DNA of 64,000 nt from Octopus sinensis (GCF_006345805.1 NC_042999.1:100192001-100256000), one strand, 5' to 3'; shown: positions 42,656 through 55,933, counted from the stretch's first letter. Numbers and translations are program-made. Notes: generated from the letters alone by a model not told the origin.

Positions 42656-42659
42656 ACAC

Positions 42660-42662
42660 ATA

Positions 42663-42695
<33 letters not shown>

Positions 42696-42858
42696 ATGTA
42701 TATATATATGTATATATATATATGCATATATATATATATGTATATATATGTATATATGTATAATGTATATTATATATGTAATATGTATATATATATGTAT
42801 ATATGTATATGTAATATATATATATATGTATATATATGTATATATATATGTATATATG

Positions 42859-42913
<55 letters not shown>

Positions 42914-42947
42914 TGTGTGTGTGTGTATGTATATATACATATATATG

Positions 42948-42984
<37 letters not shown>

Positions 42985-43200
42985 TATATATGTATATATA
43001 TACATATATACATGTATATATATATATGTTATATGTATATATATGTACGTGTATATAATATATATATGTATATATATATATCCGTCTATAATATATATAT
43101 GTATATATACACACACATATATATATATATGTATATATACACACACAGAGATGTATATTATATATATATATAATATATAATATATACATGCATACATACA
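42660..43200. repeat. Long degenerate (TA)/(TATG) low-complexity tract
   Basis: Direct reading; it bounds the 5'-most visible part of the CR1 copy. Confidence 0.95.
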
Positions 43201-43793
43201 CACAAACACACACGTACAAGCATAAATATATATAGGGAGAGGTAGAGAGAGAGAAAGAGATTAAAGGAGAGTGTGGTGTGGACGTGCGTGTTTGAGAGTA
43301 TATCTTTGATTTGATTGGATTGATTCCAAAACCCTGTGAGATATCCTTTGGACGTAATTCTTCGCATTCTTTTTACTTTTCTGATACAATTCTGTTTCAG
43401 GGTAATACTATTACTAGCGTCCATTGAAATCTACCAAAAGACAAGTCACTTACAAAGTTCCCCTCCCGCCACTTCCTCTCTCTCCCTCTTCGTCTCTCAC
43501 GTTCTCTTTCTCTCTCACTTTCACTATCTTTGTGGAATGTAGTCTACAGCTACGTAAAAAAGTGCCTTTAAATGTGAATTGCTTTTACTAGGGACTCAAC
43601 ACGATGTGCGTGATGACTGAGATATATATGCATACAAAGAGAGATACATACATACATACATACATACAAATATATAAACTTTGACACATACGCACACACA
43701 CACACACACAATCACATATACTCACTCATACACACACACACCCACTCCTGATATGCACACTCACACTCACACACGCACACATACAAACAAATT

Positions 43794-43876
<83 letters not shown>

Positions 43877-44011
43877 CTATATATATATATAATATATATA
43901 TATATATTATATATAATAGTAAATAATACACTTATATATATATATATGTATTACGGAGATGTACTCGCATAGCAAGTAATTTGATCTGAGATCGTGTGCT
44001 GAAACGAAAAC

Positions 44012-44272
44012 AATTGCAGCAGTGGAAGGTGTTTATAAGCCATTTAAGAAACACACAAAAGCCGTTCGATTCACTTCAACATTTAAGTTTAATTTGTCAA
44101 AATATTTTCGTCGCTAAAATCCGCCACCTGTTCACTGACGGATTTTTGTCAGTGAACAGGTGGCGGATTTTAGCGACGAAAATATTTTGACAAATTAAAC
44201 TTAAATGTTGAAGTGAATCGAACGGCTTTTGTGTGTTTCTTAAATGGCTTATAACACCTTCCACGCTGCAAT

Positions 44273-44273
<1 letters not shown>
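44012..44273. repeat. Near-perfect palindrome, arms 128 and 126 bp, 8-nt loop
   Basis: 44012-44139 vs 44148-44273 are reverse complements except for two 1-nt indels near the outer ends; loop GGATTTTT. Confidence 0.95.
44145..44194 (+). ncRNA. Hammerhead-topology motif with G3/C8 core swap (mirror copy on the minus strand in the left arm)
   Basis: TTTGTCA-GTGAACA-G-GTGGC(GGATTTTA)GCGAC-GAAA-ATATT-T-TGACAAA. Confidence 0.5.
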
Positions 44274-44310
<37 letters not shown>

Positions 44311-44879
44311 ATATATACATCATATATGGGTACAGGACGTCACCATCGGTTCAAACAACAGGAAATATGTAGACAAACGGCTTAAATACGTAAACAACGA
44401 GAAAAATGGAAAACAGAACAAGTTAACATTGAGAAATGACCCTTCATCAGTTGTCGGCTGTTTATATACTCCTCATTTTGAGCATATATATATATATATA
44501 TATAACTTGGAAAAGATGCGTGGCATTCGATCATATAATAATATAAATAATATATAAATATATGCATATATACATACATATATGTACATACCTACATATA
44601 TATGTATATATACATGCATATATGTGTACAGGACATCAAAAAAATCGTTGAACACAATGAGAAACGAAAACATAAAAACAAAAACATAGAAACCTTTTCT
44701 GTCGATAACATTTTGAAGTTTAGAATATTTATGTTCTGCTGAGTTTGATGACCACCTTGATGTCGTTTGAATGATGGTCTCAACACAGAACTTTGCCACT
44801 CCCTCGACCGTCTCCAATTCATTAATGATTCCCATTTGTAATGTGCCTATCAGTGGAGTAGCATATCAGTGGTCTAGTT

Positions 44880-45420
44880 ATAAATGTATGACAAAATAGT
44901 TTGATATTTAATATATAATTTCATTAAAATTTTGAAGAAAAGTTAATATGACGTGCACTTATATATATATATGAATTTTTTGCGTAATGAGATAAAAAAA
45001 ACCAAGGTTGTATAAATATTAGAGCATTTATAGATAGAAGGTCTTACAGCTGTTTCCAGAATATTAATTAATAATAATATCCCTTCATCGGAGACTGTGT
45101 AAGAGGAAAAGTTAAGTCATAGTTAGTTTCGATGTGATATAAATAGAGAGTGAGGTGGAGGAAAGAAAATAGATGTAAGATATGTATAGTTATTGAGTTC
45201 ATAAATCCGTTTTATAGGCATAATGATATATATGTGTATTATTCCAATATCCTTTGAGTAAAATCCAAAATCCAACAGAGTTTAATATGAGTCCATCCAA
45301 ATGTAAAGTTCATAAGCAATGTAAGATTCTCTTAGTTTAATCCGCGCCATTCAACTAAGACTTTTTTCCGTCAAAGAAATCAGTTTGTAGAGATCGGAAA
45401 GAGAAATCATAAAAATAATA
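44880..45420 (-). mobile_element. PLE 3' end with hammerhead at 45041-45095 (U4C substitution)
   Basis: Minus strand: RESY...TLHLDGLILN (endonuclease tail), then GTCT-CCGATGA-AGGGATATT..AATATTCTG-GAAA-CAGCTGT-A-AGAC. Confidence 0.65.
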
Positions 45421-45499
45421 AGCTTATGCAGAAAAACAGGTCAGTTTAAACACAAACCTGGAATCTGCTACAATATATATAAATTCCCTACTGGGAATG

Positions 45500-47112
45500 A
45501 CCAACTAGATTCCTTCCTCTCTTTTGTCCAATTCTTCCATCCAGGACCTCGAATTCTTCTGTACTATCGAATTTCTCGACATTTCTGTCAGTATGCACCA
45601 TTCCGCTCTCAATACTTCCACCAACTACAAACACAATGACTCACACTCCTACCTAAACTTCTCCTTCTCCCACCCTATCCACACCAAGCTTTCCATCACC
45701 TACTCCCAATTCCTCCGTCTTCACTGGCTCTGCAGTAACAACCATTACTTTGAGACTCGTGGCTCAACTCATGGCTCACTACTTCATCCCACATGGATAT
45801 ACTCTCACCACTATCCACACTACCCTTGCTCTGGCACGATCCGTGTACCATGCCTCTGCTCTTTTTCCTCACACCCACCCCACCTAGCCCGTCTCCCGTT
45901 TCCCATTACCTATACCCCTCCACCCACCCCCTCCAATTCACCATTCTGCGAGCCTTCGGCGACTCCGGCCCGACCTCTCCACCTCACACATCTTCCCCAA
46001 CCTACCGCTTCCCCTCATCAAACGTTTCTTTCCTAATCCAACTTCACACCCTGGCTCGTTCCCCTGCTCCAGGCCATACTGTCGTACCTGCCCTTACCTC
46101 TCCAACACCACCATCCTCAAAGGCACTCATCATCCTCCCTATCACATCACACCGAGTCCTTTACCTGCACTTCTAGTAACGTAATTTCCTGCATCTCCTG
46201 CTTTCTGTCCTTCTCTGTAGATAGGTCAAACGAAACGCCGCTTGACTGACCGGTTCGCGGAGCATCTCCAAGACATCAGACTCGGCAATGACACCTTGGT
46301 CTCTCGCCATTTTCGCTCTACTGGTCATTCAGTACAACATCTATCTTCGGACTGTTTTTGCAAGGGTCATCTTCCATAGCGTCATCACACATACTATTAT
46401 ATGAGCAGCCACACACTGTTTAACTCAGTAGACACACTACACACCATCATGCACACTCCCACACAAGCACATAATACCTAAACACAGACAATATATACTC
46501 CTACACCCACACAAGCACCTAATATCTGAACACAGGCTATATATACATACACACGCAACACACATTAACACACGCTACATACATAGACAAAGATAACTTT
46601 CGTCCACATACATACACCATACACATGCACACTGTTTGGTCACAGACACACACACACTCGTACACACACCACGTGAAAAAGCACACCTCAATCGCTACAC
46701 ACAACACATACGTTACAGACGCACAAACTTACACACTTACATCAGAGTCACTAGGCCCTATTCACATACACACAGACTTACACATTCATACACACCATTC
46801 TCACATACACACACACACACACGTACACCTTCATTTGAGATCACCAGCACTTTATTATCTCCCTTTCTTTCAACGACTTTTTTTATTGTTATTACTCTTT
46901 CTTTCAAAATTTTTTCTAATCATTTGCCATGCTTGACTGCTAACCTACAAGTTTTACTTCATTCTCTCTCTGTTTATTTTCTCTTATTCCATTCTGTTGA
47001 AGAGCGTAGGCTCGAAAGGTAAAAGACATTTTCATTTTCCGGAGCGTCAAACTAATACACTTGCTGGTTGTGCATACACCTGCCTTCGTCTTTTGTTTTA
47101 CTATAAATTTCA
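45500..47112 (+). mobile_element. 5'-truncated Penelope-like element (Neptune-like motif set) ending in a subfamily-2 pLTR
   Basis: EFLDISV...YKHNDSHSYLNFSFSHPIHTKLSITYSQFLRL; ESFTCTSSNVISCISC; *IGQTKRRLTDRFAEHLQDIR...VSRHFRSTGH; degenerate hammerhead at 46990-47025. Confidence 0.88.
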
Positions 47113-47794
47113 ACTATATATATGCGTGTGTGTGTGTATAACCACACATACATACACGCACACAGACAAATGGTTGGACACTGTATTTAAATCGATGCGT
47201 TCTGATAGAGAATAATGTATCTAGGTATATGTATGGGGGGGGTTCTATGTGTTTAAATATCTAAATTTACGCAAATATCTGGTGAGGAATATATGCATTT
47301 TCATGTGTGTGTGTGTGAGTGTTATATGAGAAACAGCTGTATCTTTAAAAATGTATTAAAAACACGATTTCGTCTCAACTTAATGTTTATCTTATTAATA
47401 TTTGCTCGCATCTGTGTATAAGATCCTTTTAGATCATTTGAAATAATAGTATTCCTGAATTCATCTTCACCGTTTCCAGGCTACCTCAACCTTATCTTCA
47501 GGGTGTGGAGTTGTTTTGGATTCTATACATTTTTTTATACTTCTAAAGTGGCTGCTTTATATTCTATAAATTTTCCAGCCAGCCTTGACCACTACAGTGT
47601 TAGTCTTGTATGTTATCGGATTTGCAGTTGTGACAACTGTGCGTAATGTTAATTGTAGCCTTGTGTTACAATATTACGACTGCTGCCATAAACAGTCTTC
47701 TACATATCTAATTACTCTTCACACATATGTATGAGTGTGTGTGCTTAAATATGTGTGTACGTTTGTGTATATGTACACTCATATGAATGCATAT

Positions 47795-47826
<32 letters not shown>

Positions 47827-50143
47827 GTATGTATGTGTGTCTATCATACATATATGCTGATATACATAATACGCATATGTATGTGTAGTTGTAATATGTG
47901 TATGCGTGCAAGGATTTTGAGTTAAAGCAATTGTTTCTGTAAGTGATATAATACATCTTGATACGTGTATGCCTTTAATAACGAATGCATGTCCTGATGT
48001 TTGTATACATATATTTATGTATGTGCGTTTGTACATTTGCATAACATTAAAGAAAGGATAGACAATAAGAAGGTAGGCAGAGATAGAGAAAAGTGCTTTG
48101 AGATATGTATTCTTAACTCATACGTTTACCAACGAAGACTTCATTTCACTAAAGCAATATTTCTTCACATTTCTTACTCGTTTCAGCGCAAATACTATTT
48201 GTCGACCAATCACGTTTATCATTATTCAACCAATCTTTTGCTTTGAGGCTTATTTGGAGAAAAAAAATGCATTATTAATTTACCTTTCATTCTAAGCGCA
48301 TTACATTCCTATGAAACAATTAAAGGGATTATTATTGTTATTATTATTATTATTATTTTCGTTTTTGTATGTGCCTGTGCATTTTCTTTTTTCCTTTTTT
48401 TTTTTTTTTGTAGTATGATTCATTTGATTACTTCGATTTTCTTTCCAGCAATCTTCTAGAATTATTGCATGCAAGTAAGACGTTTGTTCCGTAAAAAATA
48501 TTTTATATCATCCACTGGTTTACAACGAAATTACTTGCTTAAATGAATCATCCGATTCAACTATCTTTCTGTCTTCTACAGAAGATTCCTTTAAAACTTC
48601 AACAGTAGTTATTTGATGTTGTTGTTGCTGTTGCTGTTTGATGCTGTTGTTGTTTATTGTTTTATCTTCTAGTTCTGCCTACTTTATTGTGTCCAGGTAA
48701 AAAAAAATTACTTTTACTTACAAGCTATTAAAGTGAGATAAATATAAACATAGTGTACTCTATTATGTCCTTATTCTTATCTTTAATTTAGAATCTTTTG
48801 TTTTTACTATTGCTTTTAATATTTACTACCTATGACAATCTTCATTGCGAAGACACATAATCAAAGATGTATTGGCAATAGCCACCCCATCTTTTTGATA
48901 TGTATAGGACTACATAATCCGCTGAGTATTTTTAAGGATACCTTGGTTGAGGTGTGAGCGATTGTGGTTGCTAATTCTAGCAAGCCGCCTAATGACCGTA
49001 GATTATCCGTTGCTTGGAATGTTTTGATTATGACTATATTAAATTGGGCAATGTAACCTCGAATCTTTTTCGGTTTTTCACATTTCAGAGCTCAAACTTG
49101 GTTGCATTTTGATCAGCTTTATCAGGTCCACTCTTTGCATCATTCCCGAACGCTATTATACTGCATATGTCATGGAATTTTCAACAGTGAATTCGAAAGT
49201 TGTTCCCCTTCCCTTTCTTTCATGTAATAAATTCAGCCAGCAAGGTTTTCTGCAAAGAATCAGAAATAAAATCATGAAACATATACACTAAACGCTCTAA
49301 CACATACACCCATCGAACACTTTGACTAATACTTTATTTTATTGACCTCAGAAAGATAAAAAGTAAAATTGACCTGAGGAAAACTTGAACTCAGAACGTA
49401 AACAACTGCAAAGCACCGCAAGCGATTTTTTCCAAATTTCCATTGATACTACCAGTTCTCTGCGAGGTATAAAGAGAACCAATAATATTACTACTGTTTC
49501 TTAAATATTCGAATCAAAGAGAAATTGATTTCTTACGAAAGTTGTGTAGCAACTAAACGGAATTTTTTTCTACTTAGATCATACTACACTACTTTTTAAA
49601 TGTTTTATTGATAATGTATTATACTTTATTACATCATTTAATCTAAGTAAACGAAGTCTGAGTCAAACCATGGTTTTTATGAATCAGATGTGTACTTAAT
49701 GGAAGACGAGCAAATGAGGGAGTTACTTTGCGGATACTCGTAGTGTTGACCTGGCTGTCAAGTACTATAGTCTTAAAAAAGGCACACGTTCTGAAAGATG
49801 AATTGAATTTGAAGTTGAAATAGTCACGGGTGGAATGTGTAAGGTCATACAGAAGTCTGCTGAAATTTTTACCTTAAATAGGATTTTTCTCTTTAATTGA
49901 AGTGTCATCGGAGAATTCTTTAAGTGCAGCGTGGAATTTAGAATTAATACATTTATATAGAATTATTGATGCCGTACTCGCTCTGGTTAAAGTTTTAACT
50001 TTTATTTCCGTTGGACAAAAGAAAATTAGTTTAATGAGAAAAAAGATATTGTTTGGATACTTGTATTCTCGTGATTTCAACATACATATCCTTACATACA
50101 TATATACAAACACACACACACACACACACACACCACACAACAC

Positions 50144-50234
<91 letters not shown>

Positions 50235-50282
50235 GTCTTTTTTCGTGAACTTTCCCCCTATATATATACATATATATGGGGG

Positions 50283-50456
50283 GGGGGAAGTTCACGAAAA
50301 AAACAAAAGACGAAGACAGGTGGTGTACAAAACAAACAGATGTATCAGTATAACGCTCAGGAATTGAAAAAGTCTTTCGTGTTTCGAGCCTACGCTCTTC
50401 TAGAGAAAGGAACATAGAAAAACAAGGAGAGAAAAAAATGTGTGTAGTGGCTACAT
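50283..50456 (-). mobile_element. Solo pLTR-like element, subfamily 2 (degenerate hammerhead)
   Basis: Minus strand: CTCTAGA-AGAGCGTAGGCTC-GAAA...CCTGAGCGTTATAC...CACCTGTCTTCGTC. Confidence 0.75.
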
Positions 50457-50887
50457 GCCCCACAGTTTAACTACTTTATTTAGTTAATACACGGTGATAG
50501 CTTACAAGCTTTAAGCTTGTAAAATATTATCATCATTTACAGTATTGTAACTTTGCATCGCTCATCAAATCATCGCAGAAAACGCATATGCTTATATGTT
50601 TAATAAACAACACTAAGAAATTAGAATTCTTAAATCTAACAACAAGAAGTGAGTGGATACGTTGGTGTAAATTCTAGTACACACATCACGAGATGTGGGT
50701 TTGAGCCCCATACGTACAGAAACTCCACTTTTTTCCGTTGAGGGGAGTAGGGGTTATATGCCCCGATGTCGATACACGGTGATCGCTTATAAGTTTTAAA
50801 CTTATAAAATATTATTATTACTTACAGAATATATAATCACACACGCAAACGCGTGCGCACACACACATATGTATATACTGCGTGTGT

Positions 50888-51087
50888 ATCGTTGGCGATT
50901 TTTTTTCCTCCATCTTCCCTTCTTTGGATCTTTCCTTTTTCTATGTTTCTGACGAAGAGCTCAGCTCGAAACGTGAAATCCTCCTTCTTTCTTCCCTTTC
51001 CTGAGCGTCCAATAACACTATACTTGTTCCACGTCCTCGCGTTGTTGTGTTTTCTGTTTGTGTTTTCATGTTTGAATTAACTTTAAC
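50888..51087 (+). mobile_element. Solo pLTR-like element, subfamily 1 (hammerhead core intact, but G at position 17)
   Basis: GTTT-CTGACGA-AGAGC(TCA)GCTC-GAAA-CGT-G-AAAT at 50945-50979. Confidence 0.75.
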
Positions 51088-51151
<64 letters not shown>

Positions 51152-51152
<1 letters not shown>

Positions 51153-51543
51153 AGATTTCTGCAAATCCAACTTTAGCGATTTGGGGGAATCATGTTTATG
51201 GCCGCCTTCTAGCCCAGATCTAAATCCTCTGGATTATGCTATTTGGAGCGTTTTAGAACATGCTACCAATAGAACATCACACAGCAATGTCGACTCTCTT
51301 AAAGATACTATTACAGAAGAATGGGAGAAGTTGTCTCCCGAATATTTGAGGAACACTTGTACAAGTTTCAGGAAGCGTGTGAAGGCAGTTATTGAGAAAG
51401 AAGGAGAACACAGAATAAAATCATTTTCTATAATGTAAATTTTCTTGTGGCAAATAAATTCTCATAACTTTCAATAAAATAATTGGTCATACACTGTCTT
51501 TCAATCCCTGCCTCAAAATATTGTAAATTTTGCTTCCTCACCT

Positions 51544-51545
<2 letters not shown>
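51152..51545 (+). mobile_element. maT/Tc1-type transposase 3' fragment with right TIR
   Basis: LWPPSSPDLNPLDYAIWSVLE...LKDTITEEWEKL...FRKRVKAVIEKEG; ends CTTCCTCACCTTG followed by TA. Confidence 0.88.
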
Positions 51546-51579
<34 letters not shown>

Positions 51580-52398
51580 TACATATATGTTTATATATAT
51601 ATATGAATGTGCGTCAGTGTATAAATGATTGTTTAGTAACTGCAACATGTATCGATCAGCTGATCTCATCTGACAAAGTCAAACGAGAGAGTAAGCAATA
51701 ATGGAAATTTTCTAAAGTAAATACAAAGGATTGGGAGTTTTGAATTTCATTACCAAAGAAATTGCCGATGTTAGAATTCCCAATTTCTTTTTTTTTTTTT
51801 TTTTCATTTATACCGATTTTGTGAGGGCGGGTCTGTGTATATACGAGTGGAGGATTCGGATGGGGAGAGAAAAAGTGAAGGGGAAAAGGAAGTGTGAAAG
51901 AGAGAGAAAAATGCAGCTGGGCAATTTTTGCAATGCCGAAGTGAATCGCTGGAAGGTATATGTAGTGATTCACCAAACCTGTATAAACATACACAAACAC
52001 ACGTGTGTGCACACATGCACACGGATAGGCACACACACACACAGCTATGTGTGTGTGTGTGTGCGTGCATACATATACATATATGTACATACATATACAT
52101 ATGTATGCGGTGTGTGTGTATGTATGTAAGTGCGTGTCTGTGTGTCTGTGTGTATGACGGACTCTCCCGTCGACAAATAGTCGATGGTGCCGCTCATTAG
52201 CTCACTATCTCCTGCAAATCGACATTGTCTGAACAGGTACACGGTGTACCACGCGTCAAGTGTCGAAGTGATCGCAGAGCAACATGAAATGACATTTTTG
52301 CTCAAGAAAACAACGCACCACCCAGTCAGGGACTGAAATCACGACCGCGAGTGCAACACCCTAACCACTAAGTCATGTGCCCTCACACACACACACAC

Positions 52399-52437
<39 letters not shown>

Positions 52438-52481
52438 TTAAATATTCTATATAATATATATATATATATATAAAGGGAATG

Positions 52482-52625
52482 TTTACGAAAATAAACACAA
52501 AGACGAAGCAGGTGGTGTACCACAAACAAACGGATGTATTAGTATAGCGCTCAGGAATAGAAAAATCTTATACGTTTCGAGCCTACGCTCTTCTACAGAA
52601 AAACAAAGAGAGAAACAAGGGGAGA
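52482..52625 (-). mobile_element. Solo pLTR-like element, subfamily 2
   Basis: Minus strand: CTGTAGA-AGAGCGTAGGCTC-GAAA-CGT-A...CCTGAGCGCTATACTAATACATC. Confidence 0.75.
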
Positions 52626-52636
52626 CAAACTATATA

Positions 52637-52687
<51 letters not shown>

Positions 52688-52723
52688 ACATACTTATATA
52701 TATACTATCTATATATATATATA

Positions 52724-52755
<32 letters not shown>

Positions 52756-52788
52756 CTATATATATATATATATAATTATATATACCTA

Positions 52789-52823
<35 letters not shown>

Positions 52824-53189
52824 ACTAAAAATGAAATACACAAACTGAAATCACGTTGATAATAAGTGGCATTAAACCCATAGAAACCGCCAGGCTTGAG
52901 CGTGAGCCTATCCTGTATTCGTCTGATGAGGTAATTCGTCTCGAATCATAAAAGAATTCATATTCATCGACGCGCACACACGCAAGCACACACACACACA
53001 AACACCACACACACACACACACACAACACGCACATACATACATGTATAATATACATGTATGTGCATATGTGTGTGTGTGTGTGTGTTAGTTTCCGTATGA
53101 GTACAGTGCATACCTAAAATACAGAGAACTTTCGTAATATCTATAAGTTTGACCAAAAGTCACTTGACAGTAAATCAAAATTCCATAAA

Positions 53190-53379
53190 TACTATCTATA
53201 ATTCTGTATTGACTCGAATGGAAAAATGTGCCGCTCAAGAAGGACTTCAGTTTGCACAATTTTCATGATGTTTCATATTTAGATAATTTTATTTTATTCA
53301 TTCAGTTGTTAAACATAAATAAATCTTGGATTAAATGGTTTTGATTTACTGTCAGGGGACTTTTGGCGAACCCTGTATA
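53190..53379 (+). mobile_element. Possible Tc1/mariner 3' end remnant
   Basis: RMEKCAAQEGLQF resembles a transposase C-terminus; ends GGCGAACCCTG followed by TA (CAGGG-type TIR). Confidence 0.4.
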
Positions 53380-53809
53380 TAAATGGACGTAAATGAGAAG
53401 TCAGAATTTAATATGTTTAATATTCATGAGAGACGGCATGAAAAAGACTTCATACATACAACAACATATGTACCCTACTTCCATTATACGGTTTTGACTG
53501 TTAAAACTCTGTTCTATCTTTTGTATCAGCTGTCGACCCATATGCTGTATTTGCCTATGTTATCCAGAGAGGATCATTTAAAAGTTTCTTTTATGTGTAT
53601 AAACTGTGGCCGTTTGAGATCAATTGAGTTTCTTAATATACGCCTCCTCATCACACCCTAAACCCACCTCTTCACTACCGTCATGAAGTTCTTCCTCCTT
53701 TTCCTGCGTTCAAGGATTCGAGGCCAGTTGGTCTACTGTGCTGTTGTTTAACCTACTTCCAATGATTATTCTTTCATCAAACACTAAAATTTATATACAA
53801 TATGTTCAT

Positions 53810-54428
53810 TGTCACATCAATATGGCTGTTCGGTAGGAATCGACGTTACTACTGTTTTTAACCCCGGGAGGAGTCTTCTCAAGCTGGTTATCGACACCCG
53901 ATATATATTGCAAGCAGGGCAGCGAATCCCTACCATCTTCAAGCAGACAACGGGATCAACAGACCGTATGGTTTCGGGTTATTTGTGCTCACCCTCAGTG
54001 GGGACATCTATCCGTTAGAGATAGCAGTAGTTCGTTCCAGCTCGCAATATATAGAAAACTAAGTGGCAATTAGTCACTGACCATGCAACAAGCGAATTAG
54101 CTAGTTAGAAAATCTCAATAAGAGATGAAGGTAGTAACTATACTGAGAAGTAATGTTTGTCGTCACATCAATATGGCACAAATAGCCCGAAACCATGCGG
54201 TCTTGTAATCTCGTTGTCTGCTGGACGATGGTAGGGGTTCATTCCCCTACTTGCAATATATATTGGGTGCAGACTGCATCGTTAACCAGTTGGAGGAGGC
54301 TCCTCCCGGGGTTAAAAACGTTAGCAACGTCGATTCCTACAGAACAACCATATTGATGTGGCGATAAACATATTGATGTAGTATAACTACTACTTTCATC
54401 TCTTATACAGATTTTCCAACTAGTTAGT
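53810..54428. repeat. Two oppositely oriented copies of one MITE-like element, giving interleaved inverted repeats
   Basis: 53810-53978 is the approximate reverse complement of 54175-54362; 54098-54176 is the approximate reverse complement of 54348-54428. Confidence 0.8.
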
Positions 54429-55419
54429 TTGCCTATATAAAATATATTTGCGACTAAATTTTCGAAATAGAATATCAAAGCCAGTATTAAAAATATATAA
54501 AAATAAAATTATATCAACTAATAAATGATACATAATATAAATATTATATAACATTTAAAAGCTAAAGCGTTGGTGACTCACACTGTACATTAATCATTAT
54601 CCAGAAAAATCGCCTGATGATCTAGATTTTCATAATTTACGACGAAGATTATATTATACATCACAGAATTTATGGAGCAATTAATTACACATAAAATTCT
54701 ATATCTAAATGAGACGCCACTCCATCACAGGGTTAAAATCCAGCCGTCACTGATACTAGATTCCAAGTTGTATTTGGAGCAACGGGAAAGACGTGACTTG
54801 TTCAAGGACTCGTCCCAGCGACCAGTCCAAGAATCGAATTCACGAACTAATGATCATGATTTCAACACCCAAGCCACTACGCTACACACCTTCACTGGTA
54901 TTATATACCAGTATAGAATAGAGTGGATGACTACTCGTGATGCCACTAGAACTTAGCATGACTTAATATGGCCTTATGAAGTATTAGAAATAGCAGCCAT
55001 TTCATGCTAGACGACAATAAGAGCTCCGTCGATGCTTATATTCTGTTACCGTTGAGGTTTCCAAATATTTCTTCGGTAATATTATATTACTGGATGTGAA
55101 TACTTAACCTAACAGAAACCACAACAAAATCGCCCTCAATTCACGCCCTTATCGCCTTAGAAATATTTTTTATTGGAGTAATTAGTGTTAGAAAAAAAAT
55201 ATATATATATATATGGCTTTATATCTTAAGAGAAATGCAATTGTTTTTTTGCAAACCGGAGTTTGAAACCTATAATAATTCGTCGGGCATCACTCCTTCT
55301 CTCAAAGAAGACCACTCCTTTGATGAAAGATTCTGTCCGGTCGGACATCCCCACTTCCATCAAAGAAGACCAGTCCTTTAATGAAAGATTATGTCTGAAA
55401 ACTAACCAGCAAAAATATT

Positions 55420-55586
55420 TTTTTCCTCTGTCTTACCTTCTTGGGATCTTTCCTTCTCCTTGTTTCCGACGAAGAGCTCCGCTCGAAACGTTAAACCCTC
55501 CTTCCCTTCTTTCCTGAGCGTCAAATAATACTTTAACGTCCTCGCGTTGGTGTGTTTTTTTCTGTGTTTTCTTGTTTGGATTAACT
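55420..55586 (+). mobile_element. Solo pLTR-like element, subfamily 1 (hammerhead with U4C)
   Basis: GTTT-CCGACGA-AGAGC(TCC)GCTC-GAAA-CGT-T-AAAC at 55462-55496. Confidence 0.75.
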
Positions 55587-55592
55587 ATATAT

Positions 55593-55624
<32 letters not shown>

Positions 55625-55831
55625 CATAAAAGTTTTTATAATTATGAGTATAATTATAATTAGGGTTCAGCAAAAAATCCTAATTATAATTATACTCATA
55701 ATTATAAAAATGTTTGTTTAAGTTTACTGATGATGGTTCTTTTAACATACCGAACTACTTGGTAAAATTATTATTATTAATTAATTAATTAAATTACCCT
55801 TTATTATAGATAGATAGATAGATAGATAGTT

Positions 55832-55906
<75 letters not shown>

Positions 55907-55933
55907 ATATATATATATATATATAATATATAT

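Noticed and set aside
47465-47505. Minus-strand CACC-CTGAAGA...GAAAC-GGTG hammerhead-like string
   Set aside because: Stem III and the cleavage triplet are missing; at most a relic. Similar incomplete hits at ~21001-21045, ~52920 and ~55727 were also not called.
48673-48696. 24-nt plus-strand micro-exon candidate (TTCTAG acceptor, CAG|GTAAAA donor)
   Set aside because: It is isolated, has no recognisable peptide or partner exons, and is expected by chance.
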